From Spirochaetales bacterium (lineage in GTDB: Bacteria > Spirochaetota > Leptospiria > Leptospirales > Leptonemataceae), in assembly GCA_024233935.1 (NCBI GenBank), contig JACKOY010000017.1:27096-91095 (forward strand): a DNA stretch of 64,000 nucleotides, read 5' to 3'. Both the position numbers and the translations under genes were made by a program. The notes under the pieces are model-generated. The model was not told where the DNA came from, did no database searches, and saw only the letters and a program-made list of their open reading frames with translations. Of this stretch, positions 1 to 11,100 are shown piece after piece. The stretch's first letter is position 1. Each line of letters opens with the position of its first letter.

Positions 1-645
1 GCGGGCGTTAAACGCATCGAGAATGGTTTGCATCCGCGACTCTTTTTCGGCCAGGCTCAACCCTCCGGCTGTAACGTTGCAGAAAGACACCAGGGCCGGA
101 TTCGCGTAATCGTACCCGTGGATGATCCAGGTGAGTGGCTGACCGCCATAACGGTTCTGTTTGATATAGTCGCCCTGGGCGACCAGGCTGCGCAGATTTG
201 ACTCGTAGGCGTTGAGCCGTGCATTCACGACCGGTGTGATGTCGGCTACAGCGTAGTCGTTGATGTCGTCGAGCATGTCATTGCCGCCGAGGCTCACAAG
301 CATGTAGGCCAGGTTCGGCCCGGCCTGTTCAATGACGCGCTGAAAACCCCGGGCCGTGTTCAGGTCGCCACTGATTGTCTGTCCGGCCAACACGACCGAA
401 GTCAGCCGATACCCGTGGTCCTGGATAAGCCAGTCATGGAGGTCCCGCTGTACCTGGGCTCCGTAGCCGAAATCGGTCCAGCTATCGCCCACCATGCCGA
501 AGCGTGTGTTTTCCTGATAGCAGAGGGACAGGATATTGCATTCGATCGCCGTGACCAGATCGTCCTGTTTGGAAGTGTCGCAGGCGCCGAACAGGCCTGC
601 CGCCGCGAAAAGACACAGAAAGCGTGGCGCGACGCTCCGAAGCAT
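1..645 (-). CDS. SGNH/GDSL-family lipase/esterase, probable lipoprotein; the C-terminal part runs off the window start
   Basis: Minus-strand ATG at 645..643 reads MLRSVAPRFLCLFAAAGLFGAC... (signal peptide with lipobox-like LFGAC). A GMVGDSWTD block matches the GDSx catalytic-Ser motif of SGNH hydrolases. It is not in the ORF track because it is open to position 1. Confidence 0.6.
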   Translation of the reverse strand, partial: MLRSVAPRFLCLFAAAGLFGACDTSKQDDLVTAIECNILSLCYQENTRFGMVGDSWTDFGYGAQVQRDLHDWLIQDHGYRLTSVVLAGQTISGDLNTARGFQRVIEQAGPNLAYMLVSLGGNDMLDDINDYAVADITPVVNARLNAYESNLRSLVAQGDYIKQNRYGGQPLTWIIHGYDYANPALVSFCNVTAGGLSLAEKESRMQTILDAFNAR

Positions 646-1080
646 GCCGCGTATATCTCAGCGGCCCGCCGGTACGTCAACTCCGAGACCGGGTCTTTCA
701 GCTTCCGGTGCCGGTGATGTCTTCGCTGTCGCCTTCGGCCGCGATGGCGCGCAAGAACAGCTCCTCCTGCCAGGATGTCGCGTTTTTCAGGCCCGGCACA
801 TTGTAGGGTGTGTGGCCCGGTGCGGCCGGCGTTGTGTTCTGTCCCATGTGGATGTTTTGCCTCTACATGGGATGTGGCTCGACTTCGGGGAAACCCCCGG
901 CCGAAAAGAGAATTTTGGAACCTTTCCGATGGAACCCGAACGACAGGTCGGCCGTCTTAATGATGCCCCAGGCCTGGACCGCCGATGCTTGTGGGGCACT
1001 CGTTCCATTACATTTTTTTATGAATCGATTGCCAGGATTTCAGGACCTTGCTAAAGGTCCTAAAAAATCTGGAGGAGTTC

Positions 1081-1332
1081 ATGTTACGCTTATTGTCCAG
1101 GAGAGTTGTCGGCGTGCTTTGTGTTGTGTTCCTGTCCCTCGGGCTGAATACGTGTGTCGACTGCGACCAGCAACGGTCAGATCGGGATACCTGTTCGGCT
1201 TTGTCCCTGCTGGCTTACGCAAACTGTTTAAACACCGGCACATCTTCAAGCTGCTTCTCGACTTTGCTCGCGGGCCTCATTTTGTGCGACACCGGTGTGG
1301 ACAGCGTTTGCGATACGGACGGAGACGAATAG
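1081..1332 (+). CDS. Small Cys-rich putative lipoprotein (84 aa); unknown function
   Basis: GGAGG sits 6-10 nt upstream of ATG 1081. N-terminal MLRLLSRRVVGVLCVVFLSLGLNTC is a signal peptide with lipobox. The ~60-aa mature part carries 8 Cys (CVDCDQQ..., ...SVCDTDGDE). The only support is the ORF, the RBS and the signal peptide. Confidence 0.4.
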   Translation: MLRLLSRRVVGVLCVVFLSLGLNTCVDCDQQRSDRDTCSALSLLAYANCLNTGTSSSCFSTLLAGLILCDTGVDSVCDTDGDE

Positions 1333-1394
1333 GTTCGGTGTTTGGTCGGTCGGGGGAGGGCCGTCTTCCGGGATGCTTTCCCGGGAACGGCGTT

Positions 1395-2381
1395 TCAACC
1401 GGCCAGTTCACCGCCGCAGCTGGAACCAGCTCCGGCCGTACAGCCGTAGCAATGATTCGCGGTCGCAATTCTTCGTTCGCGAAAAGCACGCGCATCAAAG
1501 TCGGCGATGTGGCGTATTTCGGCAGGCATGCCCAGCATCTGGTTGAAGTCGCAATCGAATAAATAGCCGTCCCAGCTGACCGAAATCTGATTGCGGCACA
1601 TCAACCCTTCAATGGTGGCCGGGTTGAACGCGTTGGCCAGGGTTTCCATGTACTGCTGGAATTTGTTTTTGCGGACGAGCGCGTCCAGAAAGCGGTTGAT
1701 CGGCATGTTGTTGATGCAGTACAGACTATTAAAGACAATGCCATAGTTCTGGCTCAGGTGCTCGCGGAAGTCGCGCTCGAGTTCGCTCTGAGAACCGCTT
1801 AGAAACAATCCCGACGGGTTGTAGACCAAATTCAGAGGCAAATCCGACCCGTAGCCGCGCGCGTTTAGTTGTTTCAAAACTGAAATTGATTTTTCAAAAA
1901 CTCCGCGGCCGCGTTGCCCGTCGGTGCGTGCCGCCGAGTAGTGTGGGAGTGACGAAACGACCTCCACCCGATGCTCGGCCAGAAAGTCCAGCAGCCATTC
2001 GTACCCCGGCTCTTCCGCTATCGTCAGGTTGCAACGGTCGATTACGTGTTTGCCGGCCCGTACGGAAGCAGTAACGAGCTCGCGGAAGTGCGGGTTCATC
2101 TCGGGTGCGCCGCCGGTCAAATCCACCGTGCGAATCTCGTCCAGATTCTCGATCAGATCAATACAGCGGGCTACTATTTCCGGACCCATAATCTCGGTGC
2201 GGCGGGGGGAAGCATCCACGTGACAGTGGTGGCAGGCCTGATTGCAGAGGCGGCCCACATTGATCTGCAATGTCGAGATGCCGATCGCCTCCAGGCGTTT
2301 CGACCCCGTCGCCTCCGCAAGCTGATCGACAAAGCTCCGGTCGTAAAGAGCCAGACAGTCCAGTTGTTCCGTTTCGGTCAT
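1395..2381 (-). CDS. Radical SAM/Cys-rich-domain protein of the ArsS (arsenosugar-biosynthesis radical SAM) family
   Basis: CNQACHHC is a CxxxCxxC radical-SAM cluster motif near the N-terminus. The Cys-rich C-terminal tail HCYGCTAGAGSSCGG is typical of the ArsS/TIGR04167-type family, and the length (328 aa) fits. Clean ATG start at 2381. Confidence 0.8.
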   Translation of the reverse strand: MTETEQLDCLALYDRSFVDQLAEATGSKRLEAIGISTLQINVGRLCNQACHHCHVDASPRRTEIMGPEIVARCIDLIENLDEIRTVDLTGGAPEMNPHFRELVTASVRAGKHVIDRCNLTIAEEPGYEWLLDFLAEHRVEVVSSLPHYSAARTDGQRGRGVFEKSISVLKQLNARGYGSDLPLNLVYNPSGLFLSGSQSELERDFREHLSQNYGIVFNSLYCINNMPINRFLDALVRKNKFQQYMETLANAFNPATIEGLMCRNQISVSWDGYLFDCDFNQMLGMPAEIRHIADFDARAFRERRIATANHCYGCTAGAGSSCGGELAG

Positions 2382-2387
2382 GGCTAT

Positions 2388-2771
2388 CTAGATACTCAGA
2401 TCGTCCACGTGGTTCATCATCTGCACACCATGCACCAGCACAATACCGGCCGACATGGCGGCCGCCACGTGGATCGCTTCATTCATTTGCTGTTCATCTG
2501 CGCCCTTCTCCAGGCACGCCCGGCTGTAGGCGTCAATGCAGTACGGGCAACGCAGGGCGTGCGAAACGGCCAGCGCTATCAAAGCCTTCTCACGCTCGCT
2601 GAGTGCTCCGGCCGCCATCGCCTTGCCGTAATATTCGAAGTATTTGTCGCCGAGTTCCTTGTTGACGCGGCCTATCTCGCCAAATCGGCCCAGGTCATTT
2701 TTGTCGAAGTAGTACGGTCGTTCTTCTGCCATGGTTCTCGGCTTATGATGTCCCGGCCGTTTTGTGGTCAC
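2388..2771 (-). CDS. AhpD-like / carboxymuconolactone-decarboxylase-family protein (the peroxidase-like partner usually found beside ArsS-type radical SAM genes)
   Basis: LRCPYCID CxxC motif of the AhpD core. It lies 6 nt upstream of the rSAM gene on the same strand. The listed start at 2771 is GTG; an internal ATG at 2732 (MAEERPYYFDK...) is an alternative start. Confidence 0.7.
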   Translation of the reverse strand: MTTKRPGHHKPRTMAEERPYYFDKNDLGRFGEIGRVNKELGDKYFEYYGKAMAAGALSEREKALIALAVSHALRCPYCIDAYSRACLEKGADEQQMNEAIHVAAAMSAGIVLVHGVQMMNHVDDLSI

Positions 2772-2838
2772 ATACTTTTTCTATTGGTCTCGTGTCCCAT
2801 GTGCTGTTCGGGCGATGCAGTCCTGTATTTTTTGACGC

Positions 2839-3771
2839 GTGGGCCATCGACCGTACCTCTCAGCGGTTGCTTCAGGGATCGGGGCTGCTCTTGTCTGGGG
2901 CGGATTTCCCGTAATCAGCAAGTTGGGCCTGGAGCAAAGCCTGGGCGCGCTCGACATCACGGCTCTGCGCTACCTGGTCGCCGGTTTGATTCTTCTGCCC
3001 GTGCTGATCTCCCGCGGTTTTCAGAAACTGCCGGTCTTCGCCATAGCAGTTCTGGTCTGTGGCGCGGGCGCCCCGTACCTGTTGCTGGCCGTCGGGGGGT
3101 TGCAGTATGCGCCGGCCAGCCATTTCGGCATTATTGGTCCCGGGAGTATGCTGCTGTTTTCGGCCCTCGGAGGCCGGCTCTGGCAACACGATCGTTTCTC
3201 TGCCATGCGCATTCTTGGCATGGTCGTGATCGTTTCTGGAATTCTGGTTTTGGGCTGGGAGGGATTGTTCGCGGTCGGCGAGAACATCTGGATCGGTGAT
3301 CTGATGTTTGCTGCAGCCGGCCTATTCTGGTCCGGCTACACTCTGGCCGCGCGCCACTGGCATGTGGAGCCGTTGCATTCGATCGCGATCGTTTCCGTGC
3401 TGTCTATGGTTCTGTTTGTTCCGCCGTATCTGTTGTCGGATGTGAGCCACCTGCAGACGGCGCCGCCCGGTGAAATTTTGTTACAGGCTGTGTTTCAGGG
3501 CCTGTTTTCGGCCACGCTTGCGCTTCTGTTTTATACGCGGGCGGTCTTTGTTCTGGGCGCCGCCAGGGCCGCGCTCTTTGCCGCGCTGGTGCCGGCTTTT
3601 GCCTGTGTGCTTTCCATACCGGTCTTGGGCGAATTTCCGACATCTTTTCAGCTGATCGGCGTGGCCCTGGTCACCATCGGCATGATTCTGGGATTGGGAT
3701 TGCGGCCCGTAATGGCTGTCCCGGCGCGGTCAGAACCGCGGCGGGATGCCGGGGAAATAGAACGCGACTGA
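2839..3771 (+). CDS. EamA/DMT-superfamily transporter (10 TM)
   Basis: Ten hydrophobic segments arranged as two 5-TM halves; Gly/Ala-rich TM helices typical of EamA. The start is a non-ATG (GTG at 2839), so the exact start is uncertain. Confidence 0.6.
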   Translation: MGHRPYLSAVASGIGAALVWGGFPVISKLGLEQSLGALDITALRYLVAGLILLPVLISRGFQKLPVFAIAVLVCGAGAPYLLLAVGGLQYAPASHFGIIGPGSMLLFSALGGRLWQHDRFSAMRILGMVVIVSGILVLGWEGLFAVGENIWIGDLMFAAAGLFWSGYTLAARHWHVEPLHSIAIVSVLSMVLFVPPYLLSDVSHLQTAPPGEILLQAVFQGLFSATLALLFYTRAVFVLGAARAALFAALVPAFACVLSIPVLGEFPTSFQLIGVALVTIGMILGLGLRPVMAVPARSEPRRDAGEIERD

Positions 3772-3817
3772 TTGCGCTTGTGTCCCGGCTGTCGCCGGGC
3801 AGCCTGCCACGAAATTC

Positions 3818-6568
3818 ATGGTCTCCTTTATGAACGATAGCGGGATCGGAACAAGGGCCGGGCGTGCGCGCCGGCCCGGAATCAAGTATGCGATCCCGGC
3901 CCTTGCAATGTTCTTCCTTGCCTTCGCACTCGGTCCGAAGCTCGCCGCCGAGCCTCTTGAGAGCAGCGTAGTAGAAAACGGCGAAGCCTTTGACCTGAGC
4001 CGCCTTGGCTGGCGAGCGGCTCCGCTTGAGGATTCCGAGAACGCTACTGCAATCGCCCGCGCGTATTCGCTGGACGACGGCGCCGCGCAAACTCCGCCAC
4101 CGGATCGCTTTGTTTCGGTGGCAGCTTTTCCAATTCGGATGAATCGGCTCTTCCCTACCGACGTGGGGCCGGAGTTGCGTGATTTCTTGCTGACCACGTC
4201 CTTTTCTATCAACGCAACAGCGACTGAACGGTTGCGGCAACCGGCTCTATTGCTGCCGGGCATTGGTGAAGGTTGGTCCGTCTTTCTAAACGGAGTCCAG
4301 ATCGGCAGCAGCACTGGCGAGGGATCCGCGCAAGGCCTTACGCCGCGCTACATGCGCAATCTCGTTTTGCCCTTTGATCGTGACGTCTTGAACGAGACGA
4401 ACCGACTCGTCATTCACCTTCGTGGATACGCACCGGCAACGCCGCTGGCCGACAATTTTCTGTTCGGTCTCACCGTGAATCGCGGTTATCTGCTGGGATC
4501 CGAGAACGCCCTGAAAGCGTCCACCGAGCAGTACGGTGAAATTACGCTCTATGGCGTGTACATATTCTTTGGACTGTACCACATATTCCTGTTTCTGCAC
4601 CGGCGCAAGGAACGGTACAATCTCTTCTTCGGCCTCTTCTCAATCGTACTCGCTCTGTACCTGCTGGCGTTTACGAATCGCGCTTTTCAGATGGTCGAAA
4701 ATAGCGCCTATCTGATTCTGATCGCTTACCCGGCCCAACCCCTGGCGCTGGCGCTCTTTTTGCCCTTTCTCGAGAGTTACTTTTATCCCGACCGGCCCAT
4801 GCCGCGAATTCTGATCGGGGGGCTGGCGGCAAACTTGAGTGTCGCGGCATTCCTCCTGATCAGCCCTTACCGCTTCGCGCAATCCGGTTTGATCTTCTGG
4901 TATCTGCTGGCGGCGCCTCAGATCCTGTATCTGTTGGCCTTCATAGCCGGAACCATACGTCGCAGACTGCCCGATGCGCGCAAGCTTGCCATGGCGCTTG
5001 TCATGGGGCTCGCTTTGATGGTCTGGGACATTCTGGATACGGTTCTTTTTCGCACCCAGATCCGACTTATCCAGTTCGGACATTTGACAATCATCATGGT
5101 GCTGGTGGGACTACTGGCCCGGCGCTTTGTCCGGGTGTACAATCAATCCGAGGAGCTGGCCGCAAATCTGGACAACAAAGTCAGCGAGCGGACCCTTGAG
5201 CTGCAGAAAACCTGGCAGAAACTTGAATCGGCCTATCGCCAGGCGGAGGGTTCCCGCAAAGAAATCGAGAAGCTATCGGAGTTCTCCCGTCTGCTGAACG
5301 AGACCACGAACTACGAAGAAGTTGTCCTGCGAATCTTCGAATACATCGAAGTGACTTTTGATATTGAAGGTATCTGGCTTTTGCGCGTTGACCGGCCGAC
5401 TCAAGAATTTTACCTCACCCGCGTTTCGGCCGCCAGCCTGGAACACTACGATGACGAAACCATCGCATTCTTCCGGAACACGCGGTTCAAGCTGGACGAA
5501 AGCGCGGGCACAATCTATCATGTTTACCAGAAGAAGAAGCCGCTGTTCTTGCGTCGTATTCGTCTCGATCGGGCCAGCCAGCCTTTCGATCGCCTGGTGG
5601 TAGAGCGCCTGGGGCTCGAGTCTGCGCTGGATGTGCCGCTCGTAATCCACGGAGATGTGACGGGTGTCGTCATATTCACGCGCTACCAACGTAGCCTGAA
5701 CCTGAGCCGGGGCGACATTGGGACGATTACACGCTTTTGCGCTCAGGTGGCCGGCGTTCTCCATACGGCTTCGCTCTTCCAGCAGGTGGAACGGGAGCGC
5801 GAAAAATCGGACCGGTTGCTCTACAATATTTTGCCGGACGCGATCGCGGACGAACTCAAGGAGAAAGGCCAGGTCCGCCCAAGAAAGCATGAGGATGTAA
5901 CGATACTCTTTACGGACTTCAAATCATTTACGTCTGAAGCCGAGCAGATGCCGGTAGAGGAACTGGTTGAAGATCTTGATGCGGTCTTCGAGCAGTTCGA
6001 TCGAGTGTGCGCCCGCTACGGTATCGACAAACTCAAAACAATCGGTGACTCGTACATGGCGGCCGGCGGGCTTACCGTTGTCAATCATACGCACCCCGTT
6101 GACGTGGTGCTTGCTGCGATGGACATTATGGACTTTGTTACACAGGTTAACGAGATTCGTCGCGAAATCACCGGGGGCAAATTCTGGACCATGCGAATCG
6201 GCGTACATACCGGACCGGTCATCAGCGGCGTAATCGGCAGGGCCCGTTTCGCGTACGACATCTGGGGGGACGCGGTGAACCTGGCCTCCCGTATGGAGAC
6301 TGCCGGCACGCCGGGGCTGATCAATATCTCTCAGAAATCCTATGATCGGGTGAAGTATTTCTTCGATTGCGAATACCGTGGTCGAATCCCGGTGAAGAAT
6401 CGTGGTCAGGAGAACATGTACTACGTGAAAGGCATTCGCGCATCGTTATCCAAAACGCAACCTGGCCGCGTCCCGGACGACGACTTCCGGAGGCTTTACG
6501 ACCGCTTACACAGCGGCGCCCGCCTGCGCTTTAAGAGTGAGTCGTCGGCGTCCGGGGCCGGTTCCTGA
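3818..6568 (+). CDS. Sensor adenylate/guanylate cyclase: periplasmic 7TM-DISM-type sensor domain, 7TM region, coiled coil, GAF domain, class III cyclase domain
   Basis: N-terminal signal/TM, a large extracytoplasmic domain, then 7 hydrophobic helices (LYGVYIFFGLYHIFLFLHRR... pattern of 7TMR-DISM receptors). The C-terminal block VTILFTDFKSFT...KLKTIGDSYMAAGG...WGDAVNLASRME is a class III nucleotidyl cyclase signature. Confidence 0.85.
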   Translation: MVSFMNDSGIGTRAGRARRPGIKYAIPALAMFFLAFALGPKLAAEPLESSVVENGEAFDLSRLGWRAAPLEDSENATAIARAYSLDDGAAQTPPPDRFVSVAAFPIRMNRLFPTDVGPELRDFLLTTSFSINATATERLRQPALLLPGIGEGWSVFLNGVQIGSSTGEGSAQGLTPRYMRNLVLPFDRDVLNETNRLVIHLRGYAPATPLADNFLFGLTVNRGYLLGSENALKASTEQYGEITLYGVYIFFGLYHIFLFLHRRKERYNLFFGLFSIVLALYLLAFTNRAFQMVENSAYLILIAYPAQPLALALFLPFLESYFYPDRPMPRILIGGLAANLSVAAFLLISPYRFAQSGLIFWYLLAAPQILYLLAFIAGTIRRRLPDARKLAMALVMGLALMVWDILDTVLFRTQIRLIQFGHLTIIMVLVGLLARRFVRVYNQSEELAANLDNKVSERTLELQKTWQKLESAYRQAEGSRKEIEKLSEFSRLLNETTNYEEVVLRIFEYIEVTFDIEGIWLLRVDRPTQEFYLTRVSAASLEHYDDETIAFFRNTRFKLDESAGTIYHVYQKKKPLFLRRIRLDRASQPFDRLVVERLGLESALDVPLVIHGDVTGVVIFTRYQRSLNLSRGDIGTITRFCAQVAGVLHTASLFQQVEREREKSDRLLYNILPDAIADELKEKGQVRPRKHEDVTILFTDFKSFTSEAEQMPVEELVEDLDAVFEQFDRVCARYGIDKLKTIGDSYMAAGGLTVVNHTHPVDVVLAAMDIMDFVTQVNEIRREITGGKFWTMRIGVHTGPVISGVIGRARFAYDIWGDAVNLASRMETAGTPGLINISQKSYDRVKYFFDCEYRGRIPVKNRGQENMYYVKGIRASLSKTQPGRVPDDDFRRLYDRLHSGARLRFKSESSASGAGS

Positions 6569-6591
6569 AGGAGTACCCATCGGGCTGCACC

Positions 6592-7089
6592 TCAGATCTT
6601 GCGGCCGTAATAAAGATGGTCGTATGTGGCGCCGTCCATATGCACGACGCCAGGTAAGCGTCCCCAGAGTTCAAAGCCGGCTTTCTTGAGTAAGGCGATG
6701 CTTGCAGAATTGCAGTCAAAGACAATGGCGAAGGCCGTTTCGTAACGCAGATCGCGGCAACGCTCGAGCAGTGCGTGCAGAAGGGCGCTTGCGATTCCGA
6801 GTCGGTGAAAATCGGCGTGCACGTAGTAGCTTACCTCGACGGTTTTTTCGAGAGCCGGCCGACCCGGCCGGTACGGACTCAGGTAGGCGTAGCCGACAAC
6901 CTGTCGATCCAGGCGCGCGACCAAAAGCGGATATGCGGAAGTCAGGTGGCTTTCAAACCAGGCGCAACGGTCCGCCGCCAGGACGATTTCTGTGTCTCCG
7001 GTCGCCACGCGGCTGGCGATGGCCTGGTTGTAGATGACCACTATCGCTTCGAGGTCCTCCGCTGTGGCGTCTTCAATTACAGGCTTCAT
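6592..7089 (-). CDS. GNAT-family N-acetyltransferase (phosphinothricin-acetyltransferase-like)
   Basis: 165 aa. MKPVIEDATAEDLEAIVVIYNQAI... and the HRLGIASALL acetyl-CoA-binding region are typical of PAT-type GNATs. Confidence 0.75.
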   Translation of the reverse strand: MKPVIEDATAEDLEAIVVIYNQAIASRVATGDTEIVLAADRCAWFESHLTSAYPLLVARLDRQVVGYAYLSPYRPGRPALEKTVEVSYYVHADFHRLGIASALLHALLERCRDLRYETAFAIVFDCNSASIALLKKAGFELWGRLPGVVHMDGATYDHLYYGRKI

Positions 7090-7111
7090 AAGAGACCCGA
7101 AGCGCTCAAGA

Positions 7112-7996
7112 CTATGGTTTCGACTCGCTCGCGGCCTGCGCGCCCGGCGTCATGGGGTTGTGTTTCAGCGCTTGTTCGAAACGCGCCAGTTCCGCCTGCA
7201 CGCCGTCTGCCGCCAGAAGAAGGGATGTGCCCACGAGCGCCGCGTCGAAGTCCTGCAGTACGCGCCCTATGTTCTCGGAGCTGAGTCCCGACTCCGCCAC
7301 CCGCACACTACCGGCCGGCAGGCGGTCCGCGAGCAGGTAACGGTCGCTGACGATCGAGTGATCTGCGACGGGAAGAAACCGGCGCAACCAGTGTTGCAGG
7401 CCGAGTCGGCGGGAATCCAGTTTGCGGGAATTGATGCCACAGATACGCGCCCCGGTCGGGAGCATCGAAATTTCCTGTTCGTCGTGGGCTTCGTAGAGTA
7501 CGTCCAGACCCAGGGACTGCGCACAATCTCCCAGGCGTTGCAACTCCTCAGCGTTCAAGATCGTGGTCATGAGTAGTATCGCATCGGCACCGTAGGCGCG
7601 GGCTTCGAAGATCTGGTATTCATCGATAATAAAATCCTTTCGCAAAATGGGTTTGGAAATTATCGACCGCAGTTCACCCAGCTGCATAATCGACTGGCCG
7701 AAATAGGTTTCATTCGTCAGCACGGAAACGGCCCGGACAATCTCGCTCTTTTCGTACGCAACCGGCGCGGCCGCGACGTTTTCGGCCCGCATGGAACCCA
7801 TGCTTGGCGAACGCACTTTGATTTCTGCAATCAGTCCCTTACTTTTGCGAAGAGCCTGCTCCAGAGAACGGGGCGGCTTTGCGCGGGCGGCCCGAAGCTG
7901 GATTTCGCTATCGGTCGTCAGTCGGCGCGACCGGGCGATAGCGTCGCGGGTGTCTGCCAGAATGGACTTCAGAATTCCTGATTTTGCGTGCGCCAT
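7112..7996 (-). CDS. trpC: Indole-3-glycerol-phosphate synthase
   Basis: IAEIKVRSPSMG (the IAEIKxxSPSxG TrpC motif), ...ILRKDFIID..., and a TIM-barrel-sized product of 294 aa. Confidence 0.8.
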   Translation of the reverse strand: MAHAKSGILKSILADTRDAIARSRRLTTDSEIQLRAARAKPPRSLEQALRKSKGLIAEIKVRSPSMGSMRAENVAAAPVAYEKSEIVRAVSVLTNETYFGQSIMQLGELRSIISKPILRKDFIIDEYQIFEARAYGADAILLMTTILNAEELQRLGDCAQSLGLDVLYEAHDEQEISMLPTGARICGINSRKLDSRRLGLQHWLRRFLPVADHSIVSDRYLLADRLPAGSVRVAESGLSSENIGRVLQDFDAALVGTSLLLAADGVQAELARFEQALKHNPMTPGAQAASESKP

Positions 7997-8121
7997 GACC
8001 CCTCTCCCGGTGGCTCAACAGCAGTTTCAGCGGTGCTTCGGAGGGTCAAGCCTTCGTGTCTGATGCCGGGCCCGACGCCAAAATCGCTTGCAGCCCGGAA
8101 GATGATTATCCCAATTCAGCG

Positions 8122-11100
8122 ATGATCGACGGCGCGCGCCGAAAACGTGTCAGAGGGCTGGCGGTCGCACCCCTTCTACTCGCACTGTTCGGTTGCGCCC
8201 GGTCGGATGCGCCATCGCCTCCAGAGATCACCGGCGGCGTCGCCGATCTTTCGGGCTGGGACTTCGCGACCGACGGCATCGTGGCGCTTGATGGAAACTG
8301 GGAATTTCTGCCCGAACAGTTTTTGCAGGGTGCGGAGTTCTCCGGGCAAAGGCCCCTCAATGTGTCCGTGCCCGGCGGCTGGAGTGGAGCGGTGGATGAA
8401 TCCGGCGGCCGGCCCTTCGCAGACGGGTGTGGTTCTGGAACATACCGGCTGAGATTGCAACTGCCGGATGACTACGGATCCGTGCTCGCGCTCCACCTGC
8501 CGCGCCTCTACACAGCATCTGAAGTCGATATCGACGGCCAGCTTGTCCAGACCTTCGGCGTCCTGTCGAAGACGGCCGAAGATGCAGAACCGGAACCGCA
8601 CGCGAACATCATCGTTTTTCATCCAGCCTCATCGGAAGTGGAGATCGTCGCGCGCATATCGAATTTTCACTTTCGCGATGGTGGCATTCGCCATTCGGTC
8701 CTGTTGGGCTTGCCCCGGCAGATTCAAGAGCAACACGAGAATCGCCTGGATCAGGACCTTTTTCTCGCGGGTGCGTACCTGATCATGGGATTTTATCACA
8801 TTCTGCTTTTTGCTTTGCGTCGTTCGGATTTCTCACCGCTCTCTTTCGGTCTGGCCTGCGTGGCCCTGGCCGTCCGGCAGACCCTGGTCTGGGAATTTTC
8901 GCTCCCGGCCCTTTTTCCCCAGCCCGGCTACGAACTCTATCTGCGATTGGAATACCTGACGATGCTTGTTGTTCCGGCCAGCGTGTGGGTGTATGTACGT
9001 CTCTTATTCCCGGAGGAATATCCGGCGCCGGTGCTGCGGCTCTTGCTTTTGCTTTCGGCTGCTCTCTCCCTCTTTACTCTATTTGCGCCCACGGTTGTCT
9101 TCAGCCGGTATCTGATCGTATACCAACTGCTATTGCTGGCGGGCAGTTGCATATCAGCTGCCTTCATCGGTCTGGCCTTGAAGCGTCGCCGTCCCGGCAG
9201 CGCATTGATCAGCGTGGGTGTTCTGGTGACCCTCGCAGGCACTCTCGCCGTAATTCTGTACTACATGGGCTTCACCCAATTCGGCGATTACGGTCGCTAT
9301 TCACTGCTGGGTTTTATCGCCTGCAACGCGGCTCTGATTTCCGTGCGTTACGAACGAGCCTTTCGAACCGTAAAGCGTCTTTCAGGAGAACTGAGCTCCA
9401 AGAATGAGGAGCTGACGCGCCTGGACCGCCTCAAGGACGATTTTCTGGCCAATACTTCGCATGAATTGCGCACGCCGTTGAACGGAATCATCGGCATTAC
9501 GGAATCTGTGCTGTCGGGGGCCAGCGGGAGCCTGAACGAGTCCACCCGCCAGAACCTGCGGCTGGTTGCCTCAAGCGCCCGGCGTCTCAATAATCTGGTA
9601 AACGACGTGCTGGACTTTTCCAGATTGCGGCATGCGGACCTGGCGCTCCGGCCGGTCGCGGTCGATCTGGATTCGGTGATCGAAGTAGTCCTTTCCCTCT
9701 CACAACCGTTGCTGACCGATCGTCCGATCGAACTGCGGCACCTGCGCAAGCCCGACCTGCCTCCGGTGCTTGCGGACGAGGACCGGGTCGAGCAGATACT
9801 GCACAACCTGGTTGGAAACGCTGTCAAATTTACGAAGCAGGGACACATCAGCGTGGGTGCGTCCTTGCTGCCGGCGGCCCCAGGACGCGAGGCCTACGTC
9901 GAGATTTTCGTGGAAGATACGGGCATCGGGATACCGCCGGACAAGCAATCTATGATTTTTGAAAGTTTTACCCAGGCCGACGGATCCATTTCGCGGGAAT
10001 ACGGCGGCACGGGCCTCGGGCTTTCTATCTCGCGAAGACTGGTGGAATTGCACGGGGGAGCGATCGCGCTCGCCTCCACCCCCGGCCGGGGATCGCGCTT
10101 CAGCTTTACACTCCCGGTTGCAAACGAGCAGACCGCGGTTGTGCGGTCTGACAAAAGCGCAAAACGATCGGTTGGGCAACCCGCTTTGCCCGAGGAACAA
10201 CTCGAAGTGTTCGGCGGGGACGACACTGCCCCGCCATCGGGTCACATCTTGATTGTCGACGACGATCCAGTGAACCTCCAGGTTTTACGCAATCACCTGC
10301 TGCTCGAAAGGTACCGCGTGACGTACGCATCGAACGGGCGCGAAGGTCTGCTCGCCCTTGAGAAGAACCCGGAGATAGATCTGGTGCTTCTGGATGTCAT
10401 GATGCCTGGTCTGACAGGCTATGAGGTGGCGCGAATCATTCGTGAAACGCGATCGACGACTGAACTTCCGATTATCCTGCTCACGGCGCGCACGCGCATC
10501 AACGACCTGGTGACCGGTCTTGAAAGCGGGGCCAACGACTATCTCACCAAACCTTTCGACGCGCGTGAACTTCTGGCACGCGTACGTACAATGTTGGAGC
10601 TGCGTCGCGCGGCCCGGACCCAAACGAGCCTGGAGGCCCTGCGGGCTGAACTGGAACTGGCCCGCACCATCCAGCAATCGCTCCTGCCCGACACCGTTCC
10701 GTCAATTCCCGGCCTCGAGGTGGCTGTTCGGTATCGGTCCATGGAACTGGTCGGCGGGGATTTCTATGACATTCGAACGACCGAATCGGGCGCCGGCTTT
10801 TTGATCGCCGACGTCTCAGGCCACGGTGTTCCGGCGGCGTTGATTGTCTCTATCGTAAAGACGGCCTTCTGGTTTGAAAAAGAACACCTCGCGACTCCAG
10901 CGGAGCTGCTTTCCAGCATGAACCGAATACTGACCGGAAACATCAAGAGCGAATTCGTTACGGCCTGCTATGCGTACGTGGACCTTGAACAAAAGCGTTT
11001 GCTGGTGGCAAACGCCGCGCATCCCTCGCTACTGCTTCTGAAGCGCGATGGAACCCCGGTTCGTGAAATTCGGCCCCGGGGACGGCTGCTCGGCTTTTTT

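Noticed and set aside
810-1562. 250-aa plus-strand ORF between the GDSL lipase and the radical SAM gene
   Set aside because: No coding-like composition or motifs. It overlaps the better-supported small lipoprotein ORF (1081-1332) and the 3' end of the rSAM gene.
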